Positions 44,304 to 54,849 of a stretch of DNA of 64,000 nt are shown piece by piece (within the stretch, counting starts at the first letter, position 1; the number at the start of each line of letters is the position of its first letter). This stretch comes from Candidatus Micrarchaeota archaeon (GTDB lineage: Archaea > Micrarchaeota > Micrarchaeia > Anstonellales > Bilamarchaeaceae). Under the pieces are notes generated by a model that was not told the origin of the DNA, did not search any database, and saw nothing but the letters and a program-made list of their open reading frames with translations. The stretch lies in NCBI GenBank assembly GCA_040758235.1, contig JBFLVW010000059.1, positions 81-64,080 of the forward strand, given 5' to 3'. Both the position numbers and the translations under genes were made by a program.

Positions 44304-44852
44304 TCACGCGGTCGCGCCGTTCGCCCTCAGGCCGCGCGCGACACGCACGAGAAGCTTTTTCCTTCCGGGCTCCTCGCACAGCTCGGATGCGTCTTCGAAG
44401 GCCTGCGAAAGGGCGGCCTTGAGGGATGCATCTGGGTATTTCCGGTCCAAATCAGAGAGAATCCTGTTCGGCGTCGCTGCGGAATCATTAGCCGTCGCAT
44501 AGTCCATTGCGATGCCCTCGGCGCAGCTCTTGAAGCTCAGGATAGACTGGACCTCAGGCGCAACAGGCACTCTTGCCGACAAGGCTGAAAGGAGCATGTT
44601 CTTCCTGACCGGGTCGGCATTCTCGCCCACTCCGCGCGCGAACTCCAGTTGCTGCGCCGTGCTCCACATCGAAAATGAGGAAACGGCCGAGGAGACCTCC
44701 AGAGCCCCGGCCGAAAACCTTTGCGCCATCGCCGAAGGGGTGGATGCGTGCGAGCCGGGGTCGAGGGCGAGGGCCATCGCGCTCCATTTGTCTGGCTTCC
44801 TGCCTTCCCTCTGCGCTTCTCCATTAATGGGTTTCACTGAGTGTCTGGACAT
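44304..44852 (-). CDS. Hypothetical protein (182 aa)
   Basis: ORF with consistent codon bias downstream of the 124-aa gene. No family assignment. Confidence 0.4.
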   Translation of the reverse strand: MSRHSVKPINGEAQREGRKPDKWSAMALALDPGSHASTPSAMAQRFSAGALEVSSAVSSFSMWSTAQQLEFARGVGENADPVRKNMLLSALSARVPVAPEVQSILSFKSCAEGIAMDYATANDSAATPNRILSDLDRKYPDASLKAALSQAFEDASELCEEPGRKKLLVRVARGLRANGATA

Positions 44853-44907
44853 GGAAGAATTGTGTTAATTAGTGTTTAAAAACGTATCGTATTCCGCCGG
44901 CGCGCGT

Positions 44908-45282
44908 TCAGGCGGTCTTTCTCAAGGAATCGAAGAGCGGCTCCCGGAACCCCAGGCGCGCTTCCCTCAGGTTGCCGAGCGCGTCGGTGAGCTCCTCGAC
45001 GAGGGGATTTTTCCTTTGCCCGGAAATATACAATGAGATTGCTTCCCGGAGCTCCGTTTCCTCCATCGCCGGGCGGCCATCCCTTGCGCGGCGGTCGTTG
45101 ACGATGGACAACACGTCCCTGATGGTCCTGCGGGGGCTTCCCCACGGGACGCCGGTGTCATGATTGGATGCCCGTATCGTCTGAATCAGCCTGAGCCTCT
45201 CCTCGTGGCCGATGTCGTTCGCAGTCAGCCTGAGCAGCATCAGGTTGGATACCCGCGTGTAATCGTTCGCGCGATATTTCAT
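44908..45282 (-). CDS. Hypothetical protein (124 aa)
   Basis: Start overlaps the glycosyltransferase stop (ATGA), implying co-translation. Confidence 0.4.
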   Translation of the reverse strand: MKYRANDYTRVSNLMLLRLTANDIGHEERLRLIQTIRASNHDTGVPWGSPRRTIRDVLSIVNDRRARDGRPAMEETELREAISLYISGQRKNPLVEELTDALGNLREARLGFREPLFDSLRKTA

Positions 45283-46697
45283 CTCCTCATCCCCTCCTCC
45301 ACTATCCTTTCGAACTGGCGGAACATGCTTGCGGCCGTGTAGGAGCCGAAGTATTCCCGCAGCCCACCCCTGTCGTACTCCTTGGGCTTTTCTGCAGCCC
45401 TTATCGCACCTATAAGCCTGTCTACGAAAGTCTTTTTATCGCTATCCAGGGGCACCAGTTTCCCCAGGCGCTCGTCCACGACTATTTCCGGGATTCCGCC
45501 CACAGGCGTGGATATCACGTACGCCCCCCCGAACACCGCTTCCAGGACGGCCAGGCCGAAGGCCTCGCTCCGGGAGGGGTGGAGATAAACATCCGATATC
45601 GTCTGCACGGGGATGTTCGTCATCCCGGCATACATCTGCGCGAACAGGGGGTCTGTAAGCGCCTCCGTGAGGCCGCGGGGGTTCGCGAACCCGCCGAGTA
45701 TCTCTGCGACATCGTCCCTGAACCGTGGGTCGCCGCGGGTGAATTTGGAGATGTCAAGCACGACTTTCAGCCTGTTTTCCCTGATGAGCCTGTTCATCCT
45801 CATGAGGCCCTTGAAAGGCTTCGAGGACTGTGCGATGTTGAGGACGTGGGACGTCGCTATAACGAAGCCTGTCGCCGAGTCCTTCGGGTCGGAGCTCGCC
45901 TCGTAGTGCTCGAGAACCTTTATCAGATAGTCGCTTCCCTTGAGCCTGTCCATCCTTCCGACGAACGATATGACGCGCTCGAGGCCCTCCGCGAGGCCGA
46001 GCTCCTTGCGGGCCTCAGCAAGCTCCTTCTCGTCCCGGACGACGTATATGTGGGGATTGATGCCGTTGCGCACCACGAATGCCTTGCCAGGGTCAAGCGA
46101 CGCTTCGCCCTCCCCGTCCCTCACCCTGACTTTCACGAAGTTGTCCCTGACGGCCTGGCTTACGCCGATTACCGCGTCCGAAGCCTTGACCATGTCGAGG
46201 TGGTATTTGTGGAACATGGGGTCGTCCGGGCGGTGGTAGAGGCTGTCCGGGTTGGTGTGAAGGTAGAAGAATATGCCTGAGTGGTTCAGCAGGCCGGTCC
46301 TCTCCAGCGCCTGCCTGAGCGAGCGGGCGTATTCGCAGTCCGAGCTGACGGGGAAGTGGAAGACGAGGGCGCTCCTGAATCCCTCGTCGGCGAGGGCCTT
46401 CACGTGGGATGCCATATCATCGGCCATGTCATGCCCGTAGCCCACCCTTACCTCGGCGTTGAAACGCTCGCGGGCGAGCTTTTTGGCCGACGAGCCGATG
46501 AGCCCTTCCGTCATCGGGCCGCGGATGTCGCGCAGATAAATGAAGTTTTTGGTGTCCGACCTGCTCGCCGAAGAAGTAAGGTCCCCCATGACGAAGGTCT
46601 GCCCGAAGAACTGGGGGCTGACGGGAAACGGGAAGCGGCTGCCGAAGTGGAGATATGCCGTTCTCTGGCCGCCATTCTGGGAGCTGGTCGCCTGCAT
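45279..46697 (-). CDS. Glycosyltransferase family 4 (GT-B fold) with an N-terminal extension
   Basis: C-terminal GT4 motif EAFGLAVLEAVFGGAYVISTPVGGIPEIV. ATG 46695-46697 (MQATSS) sits about 25 nt downstream of a TTTATATAT box. The track ORF extends to 46775 through an AT-rich region. Confidence 0.75.
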   Translation of the reverse strand: MQATSSQNGGQRTAYLHFGSRFPFPVSPQFFGQTFVMGDLTSSASRSDTKNFIYLRDIRGPMTEGLIGSSAKKLARERFNAEVRVGYGHDMADDMASHVKALADEGFRSALVFHFPVSSDCEYARSLRQALERTGLLNHSGIFFYLHTNPDSLYHRPDDPMFHKYHLDMVKASDAVIGVSQAVRDNFVKVRVRDGEGEASLDPGKAFVVRNGINPHIYVVRDEKELAEARKELGLAEGLERVISFVGRMDRLKGSDYLIKVLEHYEASSDPKDSATGFVIATSHVLNIAQSSKPFKGLMRMNRLIRENRLKVVLDISKFTRGDPRFRDDVAEILGGFANPRGLTEALTDPLFAQMYAGMTNIPVQTISDVYLHPSRSEAFGLAVLEAVFGGAYVISTPVGGIPEIVVDERLGKLVPLDSDKKTFVDRLIGAIRAAEKPKEYDRGGLREYFGSYTAASMFRQFERIVEEGMRR

Positions 46698-46850
46698 GAT
46701 TCTATTGCGCGTCGAACATTTATATATCTTACACTTTTTTCCATAAATAGTAATTATAACAGGAAACGGCGCCATTTCAGGGATTTTTCGAAAAATTGTT
46801 ACGGAAAATGCCCTGCCGGCACTTCAAAGTGCGCCAAAAACTGTGCTTTC

Positions 46851-48629
46851 TCATTTTTTGCGGCCTTTAAGAAGCGCGGCGACCTCGGCCGCATCGACCT
46901 GCAGGCGGTATTTCTGCATGACCGCCTTCATGTCGTATCCGCTCTCCGCGACGAGCTTCCCGAGGGCGGGGCCGGTGATTTTCTGGAGGCGGAACACCTT
47001 GAGGACGGCATCCGCCCGCGCGCCCTTGGCCATCCCTTTCAGGACTTCCGGGATTGCCGCCTTCACGAAAGAGCCTCTTTTGTACTCGTCGAAGAGTTCC
47101 GTCAGGGCCTTGTCGAGGTCGGAGAACTGGACGCCTTCCCTCCTGAGCGCGACCACAGTGTCCTCTATTGTCGCCGCCGCGAGCATGGGTTCGGTGCCCT
47201 TCTCAACGAGCCTCTCGAAGAGGTGGAGGTGCCTGGATTTGAGCATGCGGCCCGCCATCTCCTTGTTCAGGAGCTTCTCGAGGCGGGCCTTGCGGTCCTC
47301 AAGCGATTCGGTCCGCTCGACCCGCTCCAGCATCTCCTGCGTTATCAGGATGGGCGGGACGTCGGTCTCTGGATAAAGCCGCGCCCGGCCCGGGAGTGGG
47401 CGCATGTATGTCGACGTGCCGTCCGGGTTCGCCCGCCGCGTCTCCGCCGGGACGAAGTCCATGTTGGCCCGCTCGAGGACGAAGCCGAGCGCCTTCTCCG
47501 CCTGCTCCTTGGGGGCGACGACGAGCACGAAGGCGTCGTCCGGCCCGAGCGAGAGGAGCTCGCGCACCTTTCCCTCCTCCTGGGGGGAGATGGAGTACTT
47601 CTCCATGCTCTCGTCGCTGTGTATTATTCCCTTGACGCCGGCCCTTTTCGCGTAGTCCGAAAGCTCGGTCCCGTAGCGGCGGCCGGGCTGAATCTCCCTT
47701 CCGAGAATGTCCTTGTGGCCGGCAAGCCTCAGGCCCATCACGGCCGAGCCTGCCTTCAGCCCCGCGTCTATCAGCTTCGAGCCGGTGACCGGGCTGAACA
47801 CGCCGCTGACATCGGCCATGTGCTTTTTCGCCGGGAGCGCCTTCCTCGAGCGCAGCTCGGCGAGTATTCCGACTAGCGCGGTCTGGCGCTTCTCCTCGTT
47901 CGCAACGATTTCGGCGAGCATCTTCAGGTCCTGCGCGCCCTTTATCTCCACGCGGGCGCCGCCCTCTGTCGAGACGTTCACGTCCTGCCGTATCGTCCCG
48001 AGGCCCCTTGCGACTTTTCCGGTCGAGCGGAGGAGCATCCCTATCTTCTCTGCGACTTCGGCAAGGTGCGCCCCGTCCTTGATGTCCGGACTTGTCGAGA
48101 TTTCTATCAGCGGTATCCCCAGCCTGTCGAGGCGGAAGGAGGATTTCCCCCCGTCCTGGACGATTCCAGCGCTTTCCTCCTCTATCGCGATGAGGGGGAT
48201 TCCGACCGTCCCGCGCGAGGTGTCGAGGTGGCCGCCCATCGCTATGACCGCCGTCCGCTGGAAGCCGGAGGTGTTGCTCCCGTCAATGACCATCTTCCTC
48301 ATCACCTGGACCTCGCCGACGGGCTTCGCGTTCAATGCCAGGGCTATCTGGAGGCCTATCCCGAGGGCATCGCTGTTCATCGTCCCGGGGGGCTCCTCGT
48401 CCAGCTCCACGAGGCAGTTGTTGGAGCGGAAAACGTGGTACTCGAATGCGCGCCCTTTCGCGAACTCCGCCTGCGACGCGGCGTCCACCTCCCCGAGCTC
48501 GCTGAAGACCGGGTGCAGGCGCCGGACGACCTTCATGCATGGGGCCTCGGATTCGTCGACCCGGGAGCTGCACGCGCAGAAGAGCTTTTCCGTATCCAGA
48601 CGCTGGTGGACCTCTATGCCTGCCTTCAT
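46851..48629 (-). CDS. gatE: Glutamyl-tRNA(Gln) amidotransferase subunit E
   Basis: N-terminus MKAGIEVHQRLDTEKLFCACSS and GatB/GatE catalytic domain; 592 aa. Its ATG is 1 nt after the gatD stop. Confidence 0.9.
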   Translation of the reverse strand: MKAGIEVHQRLDTEKLFCACSSRVDESEAPCMKVVRRLHPVFSELGEVDAASQAEFAKGRAFEYHVFRSNNCLVELDEEPPGTMNSDALGIGLQIALALNAKPVGEVQVMRKMVIDGSNTSGFQRTAVIAMGGHLDTSRGTVGIPLIAIEEESAGIVQDGGKSSFRLDRLGIPLIEISTSPDIKDGAHLAEVAEKIGMLLRSTGKVARGLGTIRQDVNVSTEGGARVEIKGAQDLKMLAEIVANEEKRQTALVGILAELRSRKALPAKKHMADVSGVFSPVTGSKLIDAGLKAGSAVMGLRLAGHKDILGREIQPGRRYGTELSDYAKRAGVKGIIHSDESMEKYSISPQEEGKVRELLSLGPDDAFVLVVAPKEQAEKALGFVLERANMDFVPAETRRANPDGTSTYMRPLPGRARLYPETDVPPILITQEMLERVERTESLEDRKARLEKLLNKEMAGRMLKSRHLHLFERLVEKGTEPMLAAATIEDTVVALRREGVQFSDLDKALTELFDEYKRGSFVKAAIPEVLKGMAKGARADAVLKVFRLQKITGPALGKLVAESGYDMKAVMQKYRLQVDAAEVAALLKGRKK

Positions 48630-48630
48630 G

Positions 48631-49941
48631 TCACCATTCCTCGAGCGCCGAGCGCTCCGTTATCTCGCCCGCCACATTGCCCATCATGAGGCGCCCCACT
48701 TCCTTCATGTCCTTCGTCTGCCCCAGCACCCAGCAGAGTTTCGCGTATGCCGCTTCGGGGGTCCAGTCCGCCCCGTCCCCGATTACGCCTGCGTCCCGCA
48801 GCAGCCTGCCGTTGGTGTACACCCTGAGGCAGACGCGCCCCGTGATGCACTGGCTGCTCATAACAACCGGGATTCCGCTCGAAACGAGCTCGCGCACAGG
48901 CTTGTATATGCCCTTCACGGTCTTGTCCCCGAAGGCGTCTGTCGGAACGTGCCCGAGGCCCGTGCCCATAAGCACCACCCCGTCATAGTCCCTGAGGCCC
49001 GAGATTAAGGACGGCTTGATGTTCGGGTGGATGTATATGAGGGCGACGTTGTCATTCAGCGCTTTTTTTGCGATGAGCGGGCCTTTCCCCCTCGGCCTCG
49101 CATCCGACAGCTTCTCGAACACCCGCCCGGAAAAATCCACTTTCGCGAGCGGGGGGTGGTTGATGGAGTGGAAAGCGTCCCGCCTGGACGAGTGCATCTT
49201 CCGGACGCGGACGCCGCGGTGGAGGTGGCAGAAGGAGTCGTCCGAAGAGGCGTGCATGCACACGCCGACCTCCCCGACGTCCTGCGTCGCGGAGAAGACG
49301 GCGTTGCTGAGGTTCAGCTCGTTCTCGCTGGAGGGGCGGTCGGAACTGCGCTGCGCCCCGACGAAGACGACGGGGACCGGAAGGTTCTGGAGCATGAAGC
49401 TCAGGGCGGAGGAGGTGTAGGCCATCGTGTCGGTGCCGTGCATGACCACTATGCCCTCCGCGCCCGCCTTTATCTCCTCCTCGATTGAGTCGGCGAGCAT
49501 CCTCCAGTGGGCCGCGTTCATGTCCTCGGAGAAAAGGGAGAATATCTGCCGCGAGCGGATGTTGAAGCTCTCGAGCGCAGGGAAGGCCGCGCGCAGCTCG
49601 GTCGGGGTTATGGACGGGTAGACCGCGCCAGTCTTGTATTCTATCTTGGACGCTATCGTCCCCCCGCATCCGATGATGGAGATGCCGCCCTCCTTGCGCC
49701 CCTCCGGCTCCTCCGGGGCGGCCCTGCGGGGAGGGGACTTTGACACGAGCTCTACCGAATCGGCCCTAAGGCCGGTGTTGTAGCCGTTGTCCAGCTTTAT
49801 GACGATTATGCCGGGGTCGCCCGTGAAAAGCCTGGGCATGAGGAGGCCCTCGAAGGAGTCCCCGCCGCAGGAAACGCGGACGCGGTCGCCGACGGATATG
49901 CCCTTCTTCTTCAGCTCTGCAAGCGTCTGTTCGGTATACAT
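48631..49941 (-). CDS. gatD: Glutamyl-tRNA(Gln) amidotransferase subunit D (asparaginase-like)
   Basis: Asparaginase motifs GCGGTIASK and HGTDTMAYTSSALS; 436 aa. ATG confirmed. Confidence 0.9.
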   Translation of the reverse strand: MYTEQTLAELKKKGISVGDRVRVSCGGDSFEGLLMPRLFTGDPGIIVIKLDNGYNTGLRADSVELVSKSPPRRAAPEEPEGRKEGGISIIGCGGTIASKIEYKTGAVYPSITPTELRAAFPALESFNIRSRQIFSLFSEDMNAAHWRMLADSIEEEIKAGAEGIVVMHGTDTMAYTSSALSFMLQNLPVPVVFVGAQRSSDRPSSENELNLSNAVFSATQDVGEVGVCMHASSDDSFCHLHRGVRVRKMHSSRRDAFHSINHPPLAKVDFSGRVFEKLSDARPRGKGPLIAKKALNDNVALIYIHPNIKPSLISGLRDYDGVVLMGTGLGHVPTDAFGDKTVKGIYKPVRELVSSGIPVVMSSQCITGRVCLRVYTNGRLLRDAGVIGDGADWTPEAAYAKLCWVLGQTKDMKEVGRLMMGNVAGEITERSALEEW

Positions 49942-49990
49942 AGGCCTCCCGTAGAGTTGTCGCGTTTCTATTATTTAATTTGACCGGCCG

Positions 49991-52900
49991 TCATTCCTTG
50001 ATTTTGTAAATCTTGACCGCGCCGGTGGGCGTCCTGTAGACCAGCTCGAATCCGGGCAGGTCCTCGAGGAATATGGCGCGGTATATCGCCGAATCGTAGA
50101 ACTTCCCCTTGCGGTCCCCGTAGCCCGGCTTCACTTCCCCGTTCTCGAGCCATATCGCGTCCTCCGTGTAGAAGAGCGTCGAGGCGGTCGTCGTGCCGAG
50201 GTGGGTCGTCGGCATCTGGAAGAACAGCTGCATCAGGCCCTTGTTCAGCTTCAGGTCGCCGTTGGGGTATGTCTCGTCAAGGTAATACGTCGCGTATGTC
50301 TGCTCCCCGCTCGCGAGCGTTGCGTTCCCCACGCAATATGCCGGGACGGCGCGGACGTAGTTCGTGCAGTAGTTCACGATGTTCGGGTCCTGCGAGGGGT
50401 AGGCGCACTCGGGCGGGTAGTAGTTGAGGTAGCGGCCTGCCTCGTAAATCCTGTATGCCGTCAGGCCCGTTTTCCCGGTAAGCTCCGATATGGTGCAGGG
50501 CGTTCCGGTGACGAATATCATTTCCCAGAGGTGCTCGCTCTCGCATTCGGAGGTTCCGGGGTCGTCCTGCACGGTGGTCTCGTTATGCCATGCGCAGGAG
50601 AGGTAGTTGAGCGCGCCGTACTTGCCCCCGAGCGCGCCCCCGCTGGAGACAAGCTCGATGTCGAAGAGCGCGTACTCGCTGTCATGGGCCTTCATCCAGT
50701 CCCTGAGCTCCTCCGGCGTCGCGTCGGTGTAGCCGTGGGCGACGGCCCCTATCATCTCGTGCGAGCGGTGCTCGTTCCGCAGGGCGGCGTTGCGCTCCCC
50801 GAAGTAGTTTATCCAGTGGCCGTAGTCCCACCAGGACGTTATCCTCGCCCCTTCGGGGGTGTTGTCCCGTATCCACTCCATGGAGTCTATCCAGTAGTCC
50901 GACACCCTCTGGCAGCGGAACGACGCGACGGAAGCCTCCAGCTGCGGGACCTGGCCGTCGTTCAGGCCGTCCCCGTCGTAGAGGTAGGAGAAATAACGGT
51001 AGTCCGAGAATATGGAGAGCATGCAGAGCTTGGTGCTGTACTGGTAGTTCGTGCCCCTGCCGGCGTATCCCAGCGGGTCGGAGGCCGCCGCGCACACGTC
51101 GGCATCCCCGCTGCTCTCGCAGAACTGCGTGAATTTCGGCGCGAGACCCGCGGGGTCGTTCTGGTATAGCGGCTGAAGCGAGCCCCAGGCGAGTGCCGGC
51201 GCGAAGCCCTGGTAGGAGAACTGCATGAGCAGGAGTGCCGCCCCGATGAGGAGGGGCGCGTGGGCGAGGGCGGCCCCGCCAAGGTCCCTGAAGAAGCGGC
51301 TGAAGGATTCGGAGACCTTGTGCAGCACGAAAGCGATCGCGACCGCTAGAAGGACGCCAGAGTATATCGTGTATTTGGCCTTGACGATGCCCACGATGAA
51401 CGGGGGCATCACGACCGCGAGCAGGAGCAGGAACGCGGCGTCCTCCTCCCTCTTCGCGAACTTCACGAGGGCGTATGCGCAGGCGGCCCAGAAAAGGAAT
51501 ATCCAGAGCAGCAGGAAGCTGACGGTTTTCGCGGTGAAATCCACGGAAGTCCCGAGCGCGAGGTTGATTAACTGGATGAACAGCGCGAGGGCGACATTCG
51601 CCGCGAGCGAGAATGGAAGGAGGACGACGAACATCACCGCGTCGGCGAGCTCGGTGATGCTGTCGAGCGAGGAGGGAGCCTCGTAGCTCTGGGCTATGAA
51701 GCCGAGGGAGCCGCTGAACGAGGTGCCGGCAGGGGCCTGCTCGGCTATCGTCCTGTCGAGGGGCCGGTTGAACTGCGCGATTCCGAATCCGGCCTTGCCG
51801 ATGTCCTTTATGTATGTCCCGGCAGGGGTCGCGGCATACGCTATGATTCCGAGGAGGATGATGCATCCGAGGGCCATGCGGGAGGATGTCTTGTCCGGAA
51901 GCTTCAGCTTGACGGCGTAAAGAGCGGCCGAAAACAGGATTGCCGCGAGGACCGCGAGCGGGACGTTGAGCGAAACCGAGCCGGTCTCGAAGAAGGCCTT
52001 GAGGATGCCTGATGCGAGGACCGGACCGATGAGGAAGATTATGGAGTTGAAGGCGATGATGTGCTTAAGCTCCTCCGTGTCTTCGTCCCTCAGGAAATAC
52101 AGCAGTGAGGCGAGGGGGACGAAGAGGAGCATCGCGGATGCCGCGAGAATCTGGGACTGGCTGCCGAGCGCTATTGCGGCGTACGCAAGGCCGGCGAGGG
52201 CGGGGAATAGGAAATCCTTCCCGATGCGGAGCGAGCGGTTTTCGAATTTCAGGACCTCCCTGTGCTTCATCGAAAGAGCGTAGAAGGCGTAGAAGAGGGC
52301 GAGGGAGAAGAACGCGTATGGCTGGACCTCCTGCTCGCCTGCCGCGAGCTTCATTATGAATACCGGGACGAAGGAAGCCAGCCCGGCGGCGACGATGCCG
52401 TATTCCCGTTTCGTTATGACGGAGACGAAAAGGTAGATGGAGAAGACCGAAAGGACGGCCGCTATCGGCGGATAGAGCGAGGCGATGAGGGCGAGCAGCA
52501 TGTTGTCGAAGGGCGCGCCGCCCGTGTAGAGGGCGTACCATGACGCCTCGAGATAAGAGAGGAGCGGGACCACCCTGTGGTTCACTTCCTCCTCGGGATA
52601 CCATGCAGTCTGGTCGTCATGGGGGTTCTCGCCGAGAGTCAGCAGCTGCCCTGCCGGGTAGGTGTAGAAATAAGGGTCTAGCTCCTGGAACACCGGGCCG
52701 TAGGTCCCCACCCTCACGATGAATGTAAGGAGGAGAATGAGGGCGAGCGCGGCAGGCACCGCGATTCCCGGGGTGAGCTTGATTTCGCGCGGGATCAGGT
52801 CCTCGTAGGCTTTCCTGTATACGAACAGCGCAGCCCCGATTGCGTACAGGAGCGCGACGGAGCCGAGCGCGACCGCGTGGCTGAACTTCACCCCCAGAAG

Positions 52901-53080
52901 GATGTAAAGGAGGAAGGGGATGAGGGGCATGAGGATGAAACCCAGCCCGAATCCTATCAGCGTTTTTTCGGTCCTCGTGAACTCCTCCCTCCGCAGGAGG
53001 CCGAAGGAAAGCAGGGCGCCGGGGATGAATGACGATATGAATACCCATGCCAGGAACGCTAACAGGTCGAAAGAAATCAA
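49991..53080 (-). CDS. aglB: Archaeal oligosaccharyltransferase AglB (STT3 homologue)
   Basis: WWDYGHWINYFGE (WWDYG motif) and 13+ TM helices; 1029 aa. The track start is a TTG at 53080, and no earlier in-frame ATG is available. Confidence 0.9.
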   Translation of the reverse strand: MISFDLLAFLAWVFISSFIPGALLSFGLLRREEFTRTEKTLIGFGLGFILMPLIPFLLYILLGVKFSHAVALGSVALLYAIGAALFVYRKAYEDLIPREIKLTPGIAVPAALALILLLTFIVRVGTYGPVFQELDPYFYTYPAGQLLTLGENPHDDQTAWYPEEEVNHRVVPLLSYLEASWYALYTGGAPFDNMLLALIASLYPPIAAVLSVFSIYLFVSVITKREYGIVAAGLASFVPVFIMKLAAGEQEVQPYAFFSLALFYAFYALSMKHREVLKFENRSLRIGKDFLFPALAGLAYAAIALGSQSQILAASAMLLFVPLASLLYFLRDEDTEELKHIIAFNSIIFLIGPVLASGILKAFFETGSVSLNVPLAVLAAILFSAALYAVKLKLPDKTSSRMALGCIILLGIIAYAATPAGTYIKDIGKAGFGIAQFNRPLDRTIAEQAPAGTSFSGSLGFIAQSYEAPSSLDSITELADAVMFVVLLPFSLAANVALALFIQLINLALGTSVDFTAKTVSFLLLWIFLFWAACAYALVKFAKREEDAAFLLLLAVVMPPFIVGIVKAKYTIYSGVLLAVAIAFVLHKVSESFSRFFRDLGGAALAHAPLLIGAALLLMQFSYQGFAPALAWGSLQPLYQNDPAGLAPKFTQFCESSGDADVCAAASDPLGYAGRGTNYQYSTKLCMLSIFSDYRYFSYLYDGDGLNDGQVPQLEASVASFRCQRVSDYWIDSMEWIRDNTPEGARITSWWDYGHWINYFGERNAALRNEHRSHEMIGAVAHGYTDATPEELRDWMKAHDSEYALFDIELVSSGGALGGKYGALNYLSCAWHNETTVQDDPGTSECESEHLWEMIFVTGTPCTISELTGKTGLTAYRIYEAGRYLNYYPPECAYPSQDPNIVNYCTNYVRAVPAYCVGNATLASGEQTYATYYLDETYPNGDLKLNKGLMQLFFQMPTTHLGTTTASTLFYTEDAIWLENGEVKPGYGDRKGKFYDSAIYRAIFLEDLPGFELVYRTPTGAVKIYKIKE

Positions 53081-53091
53081 GCAGTCACCAA

Positions 53092-54171
53092 TCAGAGATA
53101 TTCGAGGTCGCCGCTATGGGCCGGCGCGTTCTGCGCGGCTTCGCGGACGCCCTTGCCCATGATGTAGGGGGATTTCACTCCGGTAATTATCGCGGTTATC
53201 CTCATGGAATCGCGGAGAGTGGGGTTTATCCTCGCCCCCATCTTCACGCTCGCCCCCTCGTCGAAGCTCTGCGTGAGCAGCTCGCCCGCCTTGATGGCGT
53301 CGCCGAGAGAGAGGTCCGGGCCCCCTTCGAGGTGTATGAGGCACCCCTTTGCGCCCTCGTAGTTCACGTCGAGGAGGGGGTGCTCGAGGGTGTCCTTCAC
53401 GACGTCCTCGACCTTGTTGTGGCCGTTGCCGCTCCCGAGGGAAATCATCGAGAGGCCGCCGCCTTCCATCACCGTCTTCACGTCGGCGTAATCGACGTTC
53501 ATGAGGCTGGGGAACATGATGGTATCGGATATCCCCGTGACCGCCCTCGTCGTGATGGAGTCCGCAAGCTCGAACGCCTTGTTCACAGGGAGGTTGGGGA
53601 CGTAGGATGCGAGCCTGTTGTTGTCCACGACCACGACCGTGTCGCACACGTCCACCAGAGCCTGCAGGGACTGCTGGGCCTTCTTGAGGCGCACGCGCTC
53701 CAGGGCGAAGGGGTATGTGACCATAGCGACGACTATCGCCCCCTGCTCGCGCGCTATCTGGGCTATAGGGGGCGCGGCGCCTCCCCCCGTCCCTCCGCCC
53801 ATGCCGGCGCAGAGGAAAACAAGCTCGTTCTCCCCGATTTCCTTCTTCAGCATGTCGCGGTCGGCATCAGCGCACTTCTTCGCGACCGACATGTCGCCCC
53901 CGGCCCCGAGGCCGCGGGTTATGGACCTGCCAAGAAGGATTTTCTTGTGCGCGCCTATCATGTTCAGGTGCTTGCCGTCGGTGTTTATCGCGACGGCCTT
54001 CGCGCTCTTTATACCGCCCTGGTACAGCCTGTTGACGCAGTTGCACCCTGCCCCGCCTACGCCTATCACTGAAATGCGTATAGAAGAATTCTCCATGTCC
54101 CCTGCCGGCTTGGCCTGGGGAGCGGCCTGCTCGCCCCCTTCCCGGGCGGCTTTTATGATGTCATCAAACAT
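53092..54171 (-). CDS. ftsZ: FtsZ-family tubulin-like GTPase
   Basis: GVGGAGCN and GMGGGTGGGAAP tubulin-signature motifs with an NLPVNKAF-type T7 region. ATG confirmed. Confidence 0.85.
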   Translation of the reverse strand: MFDDIIKAAREGGEQAAPQAKPAGDMENSSIRISVIGVGGAGCNCVNRLYQGGIKSAKAVAINTDGKHLNMIGAHKKILLGRSITRGLGAGGDMSVAKKCADADRDMLKKEIGENELVFLCAGMGGGTGGGAAPPIAQIAREQGAIVVAMVTYPFALERVRLKKAQQSLQALVDVCDTVVVVDNNRLASYVPNLPVNKAFELADSITTRAVTGISDTIMFPSLMNVDYADVKTVMEGGGLSMISLGSGNGHNKVEDVVKDTLEHPLLDVNYEGAKGCLIHLEGGPDLSLGDAIKAGELLTQSFDEGASVKMGARINPTLRDSMRITAIITGVKSPYIMGKGVREAAQNAPAHSGDLEYL

Positions 54172-54258
54172 CGTAAATCACCCTCGTGGATTGTCCGCTC
54201 CTGAGTTCAACCTAATTCTAAGATAAAGAATATATAGCCTCTGTTCGGCGAGCGCAGG

Positions 54259-54849
54259 TCAGCCGAGCCTCTGCGCATTTACGGCCTGGGCGACCGTCTG
54301 GAGGTCGCAGGCCTTCCCGGGCGTTTCGAGCATCCCCTCGTCAGGCTCCGAGGCCCCGCATTCCGCCGGGATTTCGGGGGCATGGAAGTCCGCCAGCGAA
54401 TTGCTGCCGAATTCCGCGTCCTCGGTCGTGTTCTCCGCGCCTATGTTCTGGACGAACCAGTCGCAGTCGAGGATTATCTTCCCCTCGGGGCAGCCGAAAT
54501 ACCTCTTCCCGCCTTTCTCGATTGCGAAGGCGCCTGCGCACGTCACCGATTCGCCGTAGGCGGGAGAAATCCGCCTGCCGGCATCCATAACAAATGCGAC
54601 GGTTTCGCCGTCGGAGCAGGTCAGCCCGGACGGGGCGGGCTCTTCCCCTGCCGGCTCCGGGACGCTTGGGGGTTGCGGCATCTCCTGCTCCGGGTCGGGG
54701 CCGGATATGCTCGGGGGCGGTTCGGGCTTTTGGGGCTCCGGGGCGGGGGGCGCTGCGCCATCCTCCGGCTCTTCCTGGGCGGCTGGGGGCTGGGGAGAGG
54801 CGCATCCCAGCAGGAGTGCGGCGGAAAAGACAATGAGAATAAGCCTCAT
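54259..54849 (-). CDS. Secreted lipoprotein, CDW-motif family paralog 1 (196 aa)
   Basis: Lipobox LLLGCASPQ. Pro/Glu-rich linker. Conserved module YFGCPEGKIILDCDWF plus additional Cys. Confidence 0.6.
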   Translation of the reverse strand: MRLILIVFSAALLLGCASPQPPAAQEEPEDGAAPPAPEPQKPEPPPSISGPDPEQEMPQPPSVPEPAGEEPAPSGLTCSDGETVAFVMDAGRRISPAYGESVTCAGAFAIEKGGKRYFGCPEGKIILDCDWFVQNIGAENTTEDAEFGSNSLADFHAPEIPAECGASEPDEGMLETPGKACDLQTVAQAVNAQRLG

